Below, piece after piece: positions 47,036 to 57,849 of a stretch of DNA of 64,000 nucleotides. The DNA is taken from contig JAZUCF010000018.1 of NCBI GenBank assembly GCA_045638945.1, forward strand, positions 1,954 to 65,953. Direction: 5' to 3'. A program made the translations under genes and the position numbers. Each line of letters begins with the position of its first letter. Position 1 is the stretch's first letter. Source of the DNA: Clostridia bacterium. GTDB lineage: Bacteria; Bacillota; Clostridia; UMGS1883. The notes beneath the pieces were generated by a model, which saw nothing but the letters and a program-made list of their open reading frames with translations, had not been told where the DNA came from and did no database searches.

Positions 47036-47887
47036 TTATTTTTTTCCTTTCAGAGTTATTTCCGATTGTATTTTATTAGTTATAGCCTTATTAATAACTG
47101 TTTGCTGCAGAAGCTGCAATGCTGTTGATACAAACCAATAAAGTGACATTGCAATGGGCATCATAAATATGAAGAATAATGTCATTGCGGGCATCATCCA
47201 TACCATTGCGTTACCCATGCTTGCTGCCTGCTCGTTACCCTTACTTTGTGCTTCCATCTGCTTCTTTGTAAGAAGTGAGGACGCAACTGTTGCTAAAAAT
47301 GCCAGTGCAGGGAACAGCCACTGCATCAAATCTTTACTTCCCGAGGGAATCTTGGCAAGGTTCATTCCGAAAAGCTCGAAATTAATAGGTTCTTTTCCAA
47401 GTGATCTTATTGCCTCAGAAACGCCGTTCATACCGCAGATATTAACGTCCTGACCTTTAATTTTTCTTACGGCTTCAATCCATTCTTTATTCTGACCAAG
47501 CTCTTTCATTTCTTTTATAATACTTGCCTTGTCAAGCTGAAGAATACATTCTATGGGATTATAAATAACACCGATAAATCCAAAAAGAATAAGCATCTGA
47601 AGAATAAGGGGAAGACATCCGCCTAAGGGGTTAACGTCATACTTCTTATAAACCTTCTGCATTTCTCTTGCAAGAGTATCACGGTCGTTTTTATACTTGT
47701 TTTGAAGTTTAATTATTTCAGGCTGAATAAGCTGTGTTTTCGTAGTATTTTTCTGACTCCTTATAGTAAGCGGAATTGTGCAAAGTCTTACAAGTATTGT
47801 AGCTACGATAAGCGTAATACCATAGTTACCTATTAAGTTATAAATAGGTCTTATTATAAAAGCCAGCGGTCCCTGTAAAATGTACAT
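47036..47887 (-). CDS. yidC: Membrane protein insertase YidC
   Basis: NYG, QPEI, NPLGGCLP, LYW; syntenic position. Confidence 0.92.
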   Translation of the reverse strand: MYILQGPLAFIIRPIYNLIGNYGITLIVATILVRLCTIPLTIRSQKNTTKTQLIQPEIIKLQNKYKNDRDTLAREMQKVYKKYDVNPLGGCLPLILQMLILFGFIGVIYNPIECILQLDKASIIKEMKELGQNKEWIEAVRKIKGQDVNICGMNGVSEAIRSLGKEPINFELFGMNLAKIPSGSKDLMQWLFPALAFLATVASSLLTKKQMEAQSKGNEQAASMGNAMVWMMPAMTLFFIFMMPIAMSLYWFVSTALQLLQQTVINKAITNKIQSEITLKGKK

Positions 47888-47912
47888 ATTTTCTCTCCTT
47901 TTGATATTCCCG

Positions 47913-48125
47913 TTAGGGAACTGGGTCATATCCGCCTTTACAAAACGGATTGCATCTTAAAATTCTTCTTACAGACAAATAAAGCCCCTTTATAACACCA
48001 TGCTTTTTAAATGCTTCCAAAGCATATTCCGAGCATGTGGGCGTAAAGCGGCAACAAGGTTTTTTAAGCGGTGAAATATATTTTCTGTAAAATTTTATTA
48101 AACCAATAAAAACATTCTTAATCAA
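47913..48125 (-). CDS. yidD: Membrane protein insertion efficiency factor YidD
   Basis: [24 protein letters not shown]. Confidence 0.95.
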   Translation of the reverse strand: MIKNVFIGLIKFYRKYISPLKKPCCRFTPTCSEYALEAFKKHGVIKGLYLSVRRILRCNPFCKGGYDPVP

Positions 48126-48453
48126 TTAAATTCAGCCCGCTTTCTTTAAGCGCACCTTCTAAATCTCTCCCAATTTCATGAAATGATGCTTTGGCACTGC
48201 TTGTGCGTGCCACCAAAACCAAATCATATCCCTGGGGTATACCCTCTAAAAGTCTGTAATTTTCTTTTAAAAGCCTTCTTACTCTGTTCCTTGTAACGGC
48301 ACAGCCTATTTTGGGTGAAACCGTTATACCCAGTCTTGTAAAAGAATATCTGTTCTTTCTGTAATATAAAACCAGTCTTTTTTTTACAACTGATTTTCCT
48401 CTGTAATAAAGTCTTTTAAAATCGCTGTTTTCTTTGATGGAAATAATTTTCAT
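48118..48453 (-). CDS. rnpA: Ribonuclease P protein component
   Basis: [16 protein letters not shown]. Confidence 0.95.
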   Translation of the reverse strand: MKIISIKENSDFKRLYYRGKSVVKKRLVLYYRKNRYSFTRLGITVSPKIGCAVTRNRVRRLLKENYRLLEGIPQGYDLVLVARTSSAKASFHEIGRDLEGALKESGLNLID

Positions 48454-48556
48454 TTTAATTCGTTTTACGTTCTTTCCGTTTAATTGTCTTTTTAAATGTA
48501 CTTATGCCGGGCGGATAAATCCGCCCGTGGCATATCTTTACATTTATAAGAATCAA

Positions 48557-48691
48557 TTACGCAGAAAGTACACGTCTGCCTCTCTGACGGCGTCTTCTGA
48601 GAACCTTTCTTCCGTTAGCGGTACTCATTCTTTTTCTGAAACCGTGATCCTTTTTTCTCTTTCTTACATTAGGCTGATAAGTTCTGAGCAT
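48557..48691 (-). CDS. rpmH: 50S ribosomal protein L34
   Basis: Read manually: [44 protein letters not shown]; GGAGG RBS. Confidence 0.97.
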   Translation of the reverse strand: MLRTYQPNVRKRKKDHGFRKRMSTANGRKVLRRRRQRGRRVLSA

Positions 48692-48894
48692 CTTGTGCAC
48701 CTCCTTAAATTTATAAAAGCCTCTCAGAGGCTATTTTTACTGAGTTTACCATAACGATACCAATTTAGTATACATAAAGATACCTTTTTTGTCAACAATT
48801 TTTTTATTTTTTTAATTTTAGTCCATATTTTAGTTGAATTTCGTCTTTATATTTGTTATAATATATTAGATAATATAATTATATATATGGGCAG

Positions 48895-49012
48895 TTATTA
48901 ACAGTTTTTGTATTTATTTTTGTTTTTTTAACAGGTTTAATGCCCTTATATCCCTGTAAAACGCGACTTATTAACAGGTTTTATTAACAGCCTTGTTAGT
49001 AAGTGTTAAAAA
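48895..49012. other. oriC part 1: cluster of variant DnaA boxes upstream of dnaA
   Basis: TTATTAACA at 48895, 48968, 48981; TTTTTAACA at 48925; reverse TTACTAACA at 48994 and TTTTTAACA at 49004. Confidence 0.75.
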
Positions 49013-49035
49013 TTTTTTTGAAGGAATGTTTACTT

Positions 49036-50337
49036 ATGACATCTGATTTAATGCAGTTATGGACAGAGTGTCTTATACTTATGGAGGACGAGGTTACGCC
49101 GGTTGGCTTTTCCACCTGGATTAAAGACATAAAGCCCGTTAAAATCAATGACAGTGTTTTAACTCTTTCCGTAAGCACAAACATTATTAAAAACATGGTC
49201 GAGCTTCGCTACAGCGACCTTATAAAGAACACACTTACCGAAATAACTGGAAGATATTTTGAGGTTGAGTTTGTTATAGGCGATAATTTTTATGAAAAAA
49301 GAAGACCTGCCTATTCCAATACATATGAAAAATATACCTTTGATAATTTCGTTGTAGGTAATTCCAACAGATTCGCACAGAGTGCTTCTCTTGCGGTTGC
49401 GGAGGCTCCTGCCTATGCTTACAATCCTCTGTTCCTTTACGGCGGAGTAGGTCTTGGTAAAACTCATCTCATGCACGCTATCGGAAATTATATAAAGGGC
49501 AATAACCCCGATGCAAGGATTGAGTTTTTAAGTGCAGAAACCTTTACCAACGAGCTTATAAATTCAATTAAAGATAATACAAATCAGGAATTTCGTGATA
49601 AGTACAGAAATATAGATGTTCTTTTGGTTGACGATATTCAGTTTATTGCAGGTAAAACCACTACCGAGGAAGAATTTTTCCATACATTTAACGCTTTGCA
49701 TGAGGCAAATAAGCAGATAGTTCTTACAAGCGACCGTCCTCCCAGTGAAATTAAAACCTTGGAGGAAAGGCTTCGCAGTAGATTTGGCTGGGGACTGATG
49801 TGCGAAATACAAAGCCCCGATTACGAAACCAGAATGGCTATTTTAAGGAAAAAAGCACAGGATGACGGAGTGGTAATAAGCGACGATATTATTGAATTTA
49901 TTGCACAGAAAATAAAATCAAATATCCGTGAGCTTGAAGGAGTTTTCAACAGAGTTGTGGCATACCGCGGACTTATTAACAAGGAAATAACAATTGACGT
50001 TGCAATGGAGGCTCTCAAGGACTATGGAGATTCCAAGGAAAAGAAGATAACTCCCGAATATATAATTGAGGCCTGTGCAAAGTTTTACAATGTTAAGAAA
50101 GAAGATATTTTCTCCGAAAAGAGGACAAAGGATGTGGCGTTTGCCCGTCAGGTTTCTATTTATATAATAAGAGAAATTACTAATTTCTCATTTCCTAAAA
50201 TAGGCTCTTTCTTCGGAAAAGACCATGCTACAGCCATTTATGCGATAAAGCAAGTTACAAAAGCAATGGAAAATGACATAAGCATTAAGATTAACATTGA
50301 AGGTCTTATAAACGATATAAAAGGAGCTAATAATTAA
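49036..50337 (+). CDS. dnaA: Chromosomal replication initiator DnaA
   Basis: YTFDNFV, GGVGLGKTH, DDIQF, RLRSRF, NIRELEG. Confidence 0.97.
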   Translation: MTSDLMQLWTECLILMEDEVTPVGFSTWIKDIKPVKINDSVLTLSVSTNIIKNMVELRYSDLIKNTLTEITGRYFEVEFVIGDNFYEKRRPAYSNTYEKYTFDNFVVGNSNRFAQSASLAVAEAPAYAYNPLFLYGGVGLGKTHLMHAIGNYIKGNNPDARIEFLSAETFTNELINSIKDNTNQEFRDKYRNIDVLLVDDIQFIAGKTTTEEEFFHTFNALHEANKQIVLTSDRPPSEIKTLEERLRSRFGWGLMCEIQSPDYETRMAILRKKAQDDGVVISDDIIEFIAQKIKSNIRELEGVFNRVVAYRGLINKEITIDVAMEALKDYGDSKEKKITPEYIIEACAKFYNVKKEDIFSEKRTKDVAFARQVSIYIIREITNFSFPKIGSFFGKDHATAIYAIKQVTKAMENDISIKINIEGLINDIKGANN

Positions 50338-50510
50338 CAGTTTCCTGTTAATTAACAGTTTGGCTAAAAAACTTTCAAATTTTATTTACAGCTCTTTTAA
50401 CAGGTTTAAATTTTAATAAATCCTTTTATAAAGCACCTTTTGAAAGTTACTGACAGTTTAAACCTTACTACTGTTACTCTATTATTTAATATTATTATAT
50501 ATTATATTTT
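50331..50510. other. oriC part 2: variant DnaA boxes, DnaA-trio-like tract and AT-rich unwinding element
   Basis: TAATTAACA (50331, 50349), TTATTTACA (50382), CTTTTAACA (50394), TTACTGACA (50447), then CCTTACTACTGTTACTCTATTATT and an AT tract. Confidence 0.75.
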
Positions 50511-50535
50511 TTCTCTGAAAGGATGAAATAAAAAA

Positions 50536-51636
50536 ATGAAATTTTTCTGTGACACAAAAGCTTTTTCGGAAGCTATAAATATTGTTTCAAAGGCAGTTGC
50601 CGTTAAATCACCCATTCCTCATTTAGAGGGAATTTTACTTGATGCAAAGGGTGGTACTCTTACTCTTTTGTCAAACAATCTTGAAATTTCAATCAAAACT
50701 TCAATAAGTGCAAATATAAGCGAAGAGGGAAGAATCGTTCTTAATGCAAAGATGCTCAGTGATATTGTAAGAAAACTTCCTCAGGACGTTTGCGAAGTTA
50801 ATACAAACGACAAATATAACGTTTCTATTATATGTAAAAATGCAGATTACAAAATTGTGGGACTTAATGCAGATGAATTTCCCCAGCCCCCGATGGTTGC
50901 AAAGAAGAGCAGTGTTACTTTAAAGAGTGAAAAGCTTCGTGAAATAATAGGAAAAACACTCTTTGCAGTATCTTTGGACAATGCAAGAAAAATTTTAACA
51001 GGCTCTCTTTATGAGATTGAAAATAACACACTTACCGTTGTAGCGGTTGACGGTTACAGACTTGCTCTTACAAAAATGGAGCTTGAGGGTGAATATGAGG
51101 ATGCTAAATTCATAATTCCCGGAAAAACACAGAGTGAAATTTCAAAAATTATAAGCGGAAATAAAGATGAAGATATAAATATATCCTTCAGTGAAAATTA
51201 CGCTCTTATAGAGGGTGAAGGTGTTACAATCACTTCCCGTCTTATAGAGGGTGAATTCTTCTCCTACAGAAATACGATCCCCTCCGAATCAAAATATATT
51301 GTAAAAACAGATTGCTACTCTTTCAACAAAGCTATTGAGAGAGTGGAGCCTATTATTGATGAAGTAAGCAAAAACTGCGTTCGTTTCAAATTTGAAGACG
51401 GTAAAATTATAATAAGCTGTGAAACAGTTCTCGGTAAAGTAAATGATATAGTAGAGTGTGACCACTTTAATGAAAGCATTGAAATAGGTTTCAACTACAA
51501 ATATCTTCACGATGCTGTTTCAAGATGTGAGGGTGATGAAATAGAACTGAAGATGAATTCTCCCTTTAATCCCCTTATCATTAACTCTGTAGACGACGAA
51601 AGCTGCCTGTTTATGGTACTTCCCGTAAGAATATAA
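50536..51636 (+). CDS. dnaN: DNA polymerase III beta clamp
   Basis: AVDGYRLA, SRLIEGEF, GFNYKYL, VLPVR. Confidence 0.96.
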   Translation: MKFFCDTKAFSEAINIVSKAVAVKSPIPHLEGILLDAKGGTLTLLSNNLEISIKTSISANISEEGRIVLNAKMLSDIVRKLPQDVCEVNTNDKYNVSIICKNADYKIVGLNADEFPQPPMVAKKSSVTLKSEKLREIIGKTLFAVSLDNARKILTGSLYEIENNTLTVVAVDGYRLALTKMELEGEYEDAKFIIPGKTQSEISKIISGNKDEDINISFSENYALIEGEGVTITSRLIEGEFFSYRNTIPSESKYIVKTDCYSFNKAIERVEPIIDEVSKNCVRFKFEDGKIIISCETVLGKVNDIVECDHFNESIEIGFNYKYLHDAVSRCEGDEIELKMNSPFNPLIINSVDDESCLFMVLPVRI

Positions 51637-51647
51637 AGGACTAAATT

Positions 51648-51854
51648 ATGGAAAAAATAGAAATCACAACAGAATATATAAAGCTTGACTCTGCTTTAAA
51701 ATACTGTGGAATTGCTGAAAACGGCGCTCACGCCAAGGAAATGATTTTGGAAGGGTTAATTAACGTCAACGGTGAAAAAGAGCTCAGACGCGGCAGAAAG
51801 CTTTATAAAGGCGATGTATTTAAAATAGATGATGAGGAATTTGAAATAGGATGA
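51648..51854 (+). CDS. yaaA: S4-domain protein YaaA
   Basis: EYIKLDSALK, VNGEKELRRGRKL. Confidence 0.9.
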   Translation: MEKIEITTEYIKLDSALKYCGIAENGAHAKEMILEGLINVNGEKELRRGRKLYKGDVFKIDDEEFEIG

Positions 51855-52906
51855 AAGCCTCAAAGTTAGAACTTTATAATTTCAGAAATTATGAATATGA
51901 AAATATTTCTTTTTCTGACGGTGTAAATATAATACACGGCGAAAACGGTATGGGAAAAACAAACATACTGGAAGCTGTATATTATTTTTCATACGGCAGG
52001 AGCTTTCGTTCAAGCGGAAAAGAAATTATAAAAGACGGCGAAAAAGAAGCCAGAATTTCCCTTTCTTTTGAAAATAGTGAGAGAAAATTGGAAAGCGACA
52101 TTAAATTTTTAAGCGGAAAAAGAAAAGAAATCTATATAAATGAAATTGAGCTTAAAAAAACAAGTCAGCTTTTAGGTAATTTTATCTGCGTACTTTTCAC
52201 TCCCGACGAAATGGGAATAATTAAAGGAATGCCGGAAGTAAGGCGTAAATTCTGCGACAGTTCAATTATGCCTCTTCGTCCGAATTACATAAAAGAGCTT
52301 ATAAAATACAGAAACATACTTAATCAAAAAACGGCTCTTTTAAAATCCAGACAATATGAAACCCTTGATGTATGGAACGAGAAATTGGCAGAAACGGGTA
52401 GCCGTATTATGACGCTTCGCTCCAGCTATATTGAAAGGATAAATAAAAAAGCGGCAGAAATTCAAAAAGAAATTTCCGACGGGAAAGAGGAGCTTTCTCT
52501 TGTGTATAATCCGTCTGTTAAATTAAGGGAAAATTACCTTGAAAAACTTACGGAATACAAAGAAAAAGAGAAAGAAAACCTTTTCTGTATGGTTGGAGTT
52601 CACCGTGATGAAATAGATATTTTAATAAACGGAAAGCTTGCAAAAAATTATGCAAGTCAGGGACAGATAAGAACTGCTGTTTTAAGTCTTAAACTTGCTG
52701 AAACGGAAATAATTAAAGAAGAAACAGGGGAATATCCCGTTATGCTTCTTGATGATATTTTAAGTGAACTTGATAAATCAAGGCGTGAATTTTTAATATC
52801 CAGGATAAAAGGAAAACAGATTATAATAACATGTACGGATATTGAAAATTACTTTAACGATAATGTAAATATCATACAAATAAAAGACGGTAAAAAGGTG
52901 AACTGA
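51851..52906 (+). CDS. recF: DNA replication/repair protein RecF
   Basis: NFRNY, GENGMGKTN, SQGQ, LLDDILSELD. Confidence 0.96.
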   Translation: MKASKLELYNFRNYEYENISFSDGVNIIHGENGMGKTNILEAVYYFSYGRSFRSSGKEIIKDGEKEARISLSFENSERKLESDIKFLSGKRKEIYINEIELKKTSQLLGNFICVLFTPDEMGIIKGMPEVRRKFCDSSIMPLRPNYIKELIKYRNILNQKTALLKSRQYETLDVWNEKLAETGSRIMTLRSSYIERINKKAAEIQKEISDGKEELSLVYNPSVKLRENYLEKLTEYKEKEKENLFCMVGVHRDEIDILINGKLAKNYASQGQIRTAVLSLKLAETEIIKEETGEYPVMLLDDILSELDKSRREFLISRIKGKQIIITCTDIENYFNDNVNIIQIKDGKKVN

Positions 52907-52907
52907 T

Positions 52908-53180
52908 ATGTTTCTTCATATAGGTGAGGGAAAAGTAATATCGAAAAAGAATATAATAGGAATTTTTGATTTGGAGAACACCTCCGTCAGTAAAAAAACA
53001 CGGGAATTTCTTCGTATTAATGAGAAAAAAGGAAACACGGAATATATAGGATACGAAATCCCGAAAACATATATTCTGGAAGAAAGAAAAAATGGTGAAA
53101 AAGTAGTTTTTACTCATATTTCTACCCAGACACTACAGAAAAGAGCAGAAAGGAATGACTCATTTGGAACAGAAAATTAA
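52908..53180 (+). CDS. remB: RemB/DUF370 family protein
   Basis: MFLHIG...IIGIFD...ISTQTLQKR; lies between recF and gyrB. Confidence 0.85.
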   Translation: MFLHIGEGKVISKKNIIGIFDLENTSVSKKTREFLRINEKKGNTEYIGYEIPKTYILEERKNGEKVVFTHISTQTLQKRAERNDSFGTEN

Positions 53181-55101
53181 CACTTCCTATGACGAAACTC
53201 AAATACAGGTATTGGAGGGGCTTGAAGCCGTAAGAAAAAGACCGGGTATGTACATCGGTTCGACTTCTGCACGCGGTCTTCATCACCTTGTTTACGAAAT
53301 CGTGGATAACAGTATTGACGAAGCTTTGGCAGGATATTGTACACAGATTGACGTAACTCTTAATGCCGACCACAGCGTAACGGTAAAGGATAACGGACGT
53401 GGTATGCCTCATGGTATTCATCCCAAGATGGGTATTTCCACAATTGATGTTATTTTCACCGTTCTTCACGCCGGCGGTAAGTTCGGTGGAGGCGGATACA
53501 AGGTTTCCGGCGGTCTTCACGGTGTTGGTGCGTCTGTTGTTAATGCTCTTTCCACCAAGCTTGAGGTAGAAGTTCACGACGGTGAAAATGTGTGGTTCCA
53601 GAGCTATAAGAGGGGCGTTCCCGACGGCGAAGTTCACACAATCGGAAAGACAGATAAGACCGGTACTCAGGTAACTTTCTGGGCTGATGGTGAAATCTTT
53701 GAGGAAACCGTTTACGATTACGATGTTCTCCTTAAAAGACTTCGTGAGCAGGCTTTCCTTAACGGCGGTATAAAGATTGTGTTCAAGGATGACCGCGAGG
53801 ATAAGAAGGAAGAAATCCTTCACTACGACGGCGGTATCAAAAACTTCGTTTCATATATATTAAACGACAAAAAATCAAGAAAAGATACTCTTGAAGAAAT
53901 ACACTCCGACGTAATTTACGTTAGTGGTGAAAAAAACGGCTCCATGGCTGAAGTTGCTCTCCAGTGGAACAACGGTTATGACGAAATTATTGAGTCATTT
54001 GCCAACAACATTTCCACAACCGAGGGTGGTACTCACGAAACGGGCTTCAAGGCGGCTCTTACAAAGGTACTTGTTGAATACGGAAAGAAGTACAAGCTTA
54101 TAAAGGATAACGAGGAATTAACAGGTGAAGATGCCCGTGAAGGTCTTGTTGCCGTAATTTCCGTAAAACTTGAAGAACCCCAGTTCGAGGGACAGACAAA
54201 GACAAAACTGGGCAACAGTGAAATCCGCGGACTTGTTGAAAATATGCTCCGTGAAAAGCTTGCAGATTTCCTTGAAGAAAACCCGAATGTAGGTAAATCC
54301 ATTATAGAAAAAGCCCTTATGGCATCCCGTGCAAGACTTGCCGCAAGAAAGGCGAGAGAAGCAACGAGAAAAACACCTCTCGGTTCTTCAACTCTTCCCG
54401 GTAAGCTTACCGACTGTATTGTAAAGGACCCCACAATGACAGAAATATATATCGTCGAGGGTGATAGTGCCGGCGGTTCCGCAAAAAGCGGTCGTGACAG
54501 TAAATATCAGGCAATTCTTCCTCTCTGGGGTAAGATGCTGAACGTTGAAAAGGCGAGAGAAGACAAGGTTTACGGCAATGATAAGCTGACTCCCGTAATT
54601 CAGGCATTGGGTACAGGTATCGGCGGCGAATTCAATATTGAAAAGCTCCGTTACGACAAAGTTATCATTATGGCCGATGCCGACGTCGACGGTGCTCATA
54701 TTCAGACACTTCTCCTCACATTCTTCTTCAGATTTATGAGAGAACTTGTGGAAACAGGTCATATTTACCTTGCAAAACCCCCGCTTTATAAGGTTTCAAG
54801 AGGTAAGAGAAGCGAAGTTGCATTCTCCGACGAGGAACGCGACAGAATCAGTGAAGAACTTAAAAACGGCGATCCCAACGCAAAAGTGGACATCAGCCGT
54901 TACAAAGGTCTTGGTGAAATGGACCCCGACGAACTTTGGGAAACAACAATGGATCCCAAGAGCAGAATTCTCCTTAAGGTTACACTTGAAGATGCACAGA
55001 AGGCTGACGAAATATTCAGCATCCTGATGGGCGACGAGGTAGAACCGAGACGTCAGTTCATTGAGGACAACGCACAGTACGTTACAAACCTTGATGTATA
55101 A
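53155..55101 (+). CDS. gyrB: DNA gyrase subunit B
   Basis: [30 protein letters not shown]. Confidence 0.97.
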   Translation: MTHLEQKINTSYDETQIQVLEGLEAVRKRPGMYIGSTSARGLHHLVYEIVDNSIDEALAGYCTQIDVTLNADHSVTVKDNGRGMPHGIHPKMGISTIDVIFTVLHAGGKFGGGGYKVSGGLHGVGASVVNALSTKLEVEVHDGENVWFQSYKRGVPDGEVHTIGKTDKTGTQVTFWADGEIFEETVYDYDVLLKRLREQAFLNGGIKIVFKDDREDKKEEILHYDGGIKNFVSYILNDKKSRKDTLEEIHSDVIYVSGEKNGSMAEVALQWNNGYDEIIESFANNISTTEGGTHETGFKAALTKVLVEYGKKYKLIKDNEELTGEDAREGLVAVISVKLEEPQFEGQTKTKLGNSEIRGLVENMLREKLADFLEENPNVGKSIIEKALMASRARLAARKAREATRKTPLGSSTLPGKLTDCIVKDPTMTEIYIVEGDSAGGSAKSGRDSKYQAILPLWGKMLNVEKAREDKVYGNDKLTPVIQALGTGIGGEFNIEKLRYDKVIIMADADVDGAHIQTLLLTFFFRFMRELVETGHIYLAKPPLYKVSRGKRSEVAFSDEERDRISEELKNGDPNAKVDISRYKGLGEMDPDELWETTMDPKSRILLKVTLEDAQKADEIFSILMGDEVEPRRQFIEDNAQYVTNLDV

Positions 55102-55103
55102 CA

Positions 55104-55284
55104 TCCTTTCGCAACGAAAAGTTTCTGGCGAAAATATTTCGTTGCGAGAAAGGGGCTTTCGCTCGCGCACCGCTCACCGCGGTATCCCCTGCAAGGTATC
55201 AAAAACGAGGTACAAGCCCCCGTTTTTGATGATTTATGGTGTCAAGGGATAAACCCCTTAACAAACCCCATATCCTTTAGGATA
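55104..55284 (-). repeat. Multi-hairpin intergenic element (family C) between gyrB and gyrA
   Basis: TCGCAACGAAA/TTTCGTTGCGA hairpin, plus module 55187-55265 shared with 13759-13837. Confidence 0.75.
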
Positions 55285-55300
55285 GGAAAGGAAAAACAAA

Positions 55301-57832
55301 ATGGCTAAAAATAAAAAATACGAAGATTCCCATTTCGAGGAATACTTCGATACCCAAACCATTGTAAATATTGATATTGAAGACAGAATGAAGGAGGCTT
55401 TCATCGACTACGCGATGAGCGTTATCGTAAGCCGTGCACTTCCCGATGTTCGTGACGGTCTCAAGCCCGTTCACAGAAGAATCCTCTACTCAATGTACGA
55501 GGAAAATCTTACTCACGACAAGCCTTACTTCAAGTCAGCTACCACAGTTGGTAACGTTATCGGTAGGTATCATCCCCACGGTGATGCATCCGTTTACGAC
55601 GCTCTTGTAAGAATGGCGCAGGATTTCTCCATGCGTTACCCCCTTATCGAGGGTCACGGTAACTTCGGTAGCGTAGACGGCGACCCGCCGGCTGCTTACC
55701 GTTATACAGAAGCCAGAATGAGCAAGCTTTCCAACGTTCTTCTTGAAAACATCGAAAAGGACACAGTTGACTTTGCTCCCAACTTCGACGAAAAGAGAAA
55801 AGAGCCCACAATTCTTCCCACAAGAATACCCACACTTCTTGTTAACGGCAGTAGCGGTATTGCCGTTGGTATGGCGACAAATATACCTCCCCATAACCTT
55901 ACTGAAGTGCTGAACGGTGCTATGGCGCAGATTGATAATCCCGACATCACCGTTGAGGAACTTATGGAGCACATTCAGGGACCCGACTTCCCCACAAGTG
56001 CTACAATTATGGGAAGAAGTGGTATAAGAAGCGCATACAATACAGGTAGGGGTAAAATTGTAATCCGTGCAAAAGCAGAAATTGAAGAACATAAAGATGG
56101 AACAAGCTCCATTATCGTTACTGAACTTCCGTATCAGGTTAATAAAAAGATGCTTGTGGAATCCATTGCAAGCCTTGTTAAGGAAAAGAAGATTGAGGGA
56201 CTTTCCGACATCGATGACCATTCTTCAGACCGTGTTGGTATCCGTCTTGAAATTTTCCTTAAGAGAGATGCAAATCCACAGGTTGTACTTAATCAGCTTT
56301 ATAAATATACACGTCTGCAGGACAGCTTCAGCGTAAATCTTCTTGCAATCTGCGACGGAAAGCCCAAAACAATGGGTCTTAAGGAAGTTCTGGATAACTT
56401 TATCACATTCCAGAAAGAAATCGTTACAAGAAGAATCAGATTTGACAAGGCAAAAGCGGAAGCAAGAATGCATATACTTGAAGGTCTCCGTATTGCCCTT
56501 GCAAATATTGATGAAATTATCGTAGTAATCAGAAATTCCTACGACGATGCCAAGGAAAATCTTATGGCTCGCTTCGGTTTCTCTGAAATTCAGGCACAGA
56601 GCGTACTGGATATGCGTCTTGCACAGCTTCAGAGATTGAACGGCGAAAAAATTGACGACGAATACAACGAACTTACTGCAAAGGTTGAGGAATACGCAGC
56701 AATTCTTGCTGATGAAATTCTCCTTCTCGGTCAGATTAAGAAGGAACTTACCGAAATCCGTGATAAATTCGGCGATGAAAGAAGAACAAATATCGAAAAT
56801 GTTATGACGGAAATCGACATAGAAGACCTTATTGAGGAAGAAGAAAGTGTAATAACTCTCACCAATGCAGGTTATATTAAGCGTATGCCCACCTCCACAT
56901 ACACCAGTCAGAACCGTGGTGGTAAGGGTATCAAGGGTATGACCACCAAGGATGAGGATTTTGTAAAGACAATTATGGTGGCATCAACCCACGATAATAT
57001 GCTCTTCTTCACCAACCGCGGCAGAATGTACCGCCTGAAAGGTTATCAGATTCCCGAATCCAGCCGTCAGGCAAAGGGTAGCGCAATCGTAAACCTGCTT
57101 CCTGTTGAAAAGGACGAATATGTAACAGCTCTTATCGCGCTCCGCGAATTTGAAGATGATAAGTATCTTCTTATGTGTACAAGAAACGGCGTAATCAAGA
57201 AAACTGCCGTTACAGACTATAATACAGCCAGAAAGGGCGGTATCATCGGTATTTCCCTTGACGAGGGCGACGAGCTTATAAGGGTTGAGCTTACAAACGG
57301 TGAAAATGACATCGTTATCGGTACTTATAATGGTATGGCAATCCGTTTCAATGAAAAGGATGTCCGCTCTATGGGCAGAGTTACACGTGGTGTTAAGGCT
57401 ATCACTCTCCGTGACGGCGACTATATCGTGGGAATGTGCCTTGCGTCCGAGGATACACAGCTTCTCGCCGTGTCCGAACTTGGCTACGGTAAGAGAACCG
57501 ATCTTTCCGAATACCGCGTTCAGTCCCGTGGCGGTGTAGGTATCAGAACATACAAGTGCAGTGAAGTGACAGGTAATGTGGTAAGCGTAACTACAGTTAA
57601 GGACGACGAGGATATTATGCTCATTACTTCCGAAGGTGTTATTATAAGAATTCCCGCATCGGGCATCAGCACCATCGGCAGAAGCACCAAGGGTGTTCGT
57701 CTTATGCGTCTTAAAGACGGCGTAAAGGTAGTTTCCATCGGCATTACCGAGCACGAAGAACCGGAAGAAGAAACCGTGGAAGAAACTCCTGCAGAAAATG
57801 CAGAGACAGCTCCCACCGCAGAAAATGAATAA
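55301..57832 (+). CDS. gyrA: DNA gyrase subunit A
   Basis: DGLKPVHRR, HPHGD, AAYRYTE, GyrA-box QNRGGKG. Confidence 0.97.
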   Translation: MAKNKKYEDSHFEEYFDTQTIVNIDIEDRMKEAFIDYAMSVIVSRALPDVRDGLKPVHRRILYSMYEENLTHDKPYFKSATTVGNVIGRYHPHGDASVYDALVRMAQDFSMRYPLIEGHGNFGSVDGDPPAAYRYTEARMSKLSNVLLENIEKDTVDFAPNFDEKRKEPTILPTRIPTLLVNGSSGIAVGMATNIPPHNLTEVLNGAMAQIDNPDITVEELMEHIQGPDFPTSATIMGRSGIRSAYNTGRGKIVIRAKAEIEEHKDGTSSIIVTELPYQVNKKMLVESIASLVKEKKIEGLSDIDDHSSDRVGIRLEIFLKRDANPQVVLNQLYKYTRLQDSFSVNLLAICDGKPKTMGLKEVLDNFITFQKEIVTRRIRFDKAKAEARMHILEGLRIALANIDEIIVVIRNSYDDAKENLMARFGFSEIQAQSVLDMRLAQLQRLNGEKIDDEYNELTAKVEEYAAILADEILLLGQIKKELTEIRDKFGDERRTNIENVMTEIDIEDLIEEEESVITLTNAGYIKRMPTSTYTSQNRGGKGIKGMTTKDEDFVKTIMVASTHDNMLFFTNRGRMYRLKGYQIPESSRQAKGSAIVNLLPVEKDEYVTALIALREFEDDKYLLMCTRNGVIKKTAVTDYNTARKGGIIGISLDEGDELIRVELTNGENDIVIGTYNGMAIRFNEKDVRSMGRVTRGVKAITLRDGDYIVGMCLASEDTQLLAVSELGYGKRTDLSEYRVQSRGGVGIRTYKCSEVTGNVVSVTTVKDDEDIMLITSEGVIIRIPASGISTIGRSTKGVRLMRLKDGVKVVSIGITEHEEPEEETVEETPAENAETAPTAENE

Positions 57833-57849
57833 TTTTCAGAGGTGACAGT

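Noticed and set aside
48504-48533. GC-rich hairpin GGGCGGATAAATCCGCCC between rpmH and rnpA
   Set aside because: Single copy in the window; adequately explained as an intra-operon terminator or stabiliser
49973-49981. TTATTAACA inside dnaA
   Set aside because: An isolated AT-rich 9-mer in coding sequence that could be chance; not counted as an origin box
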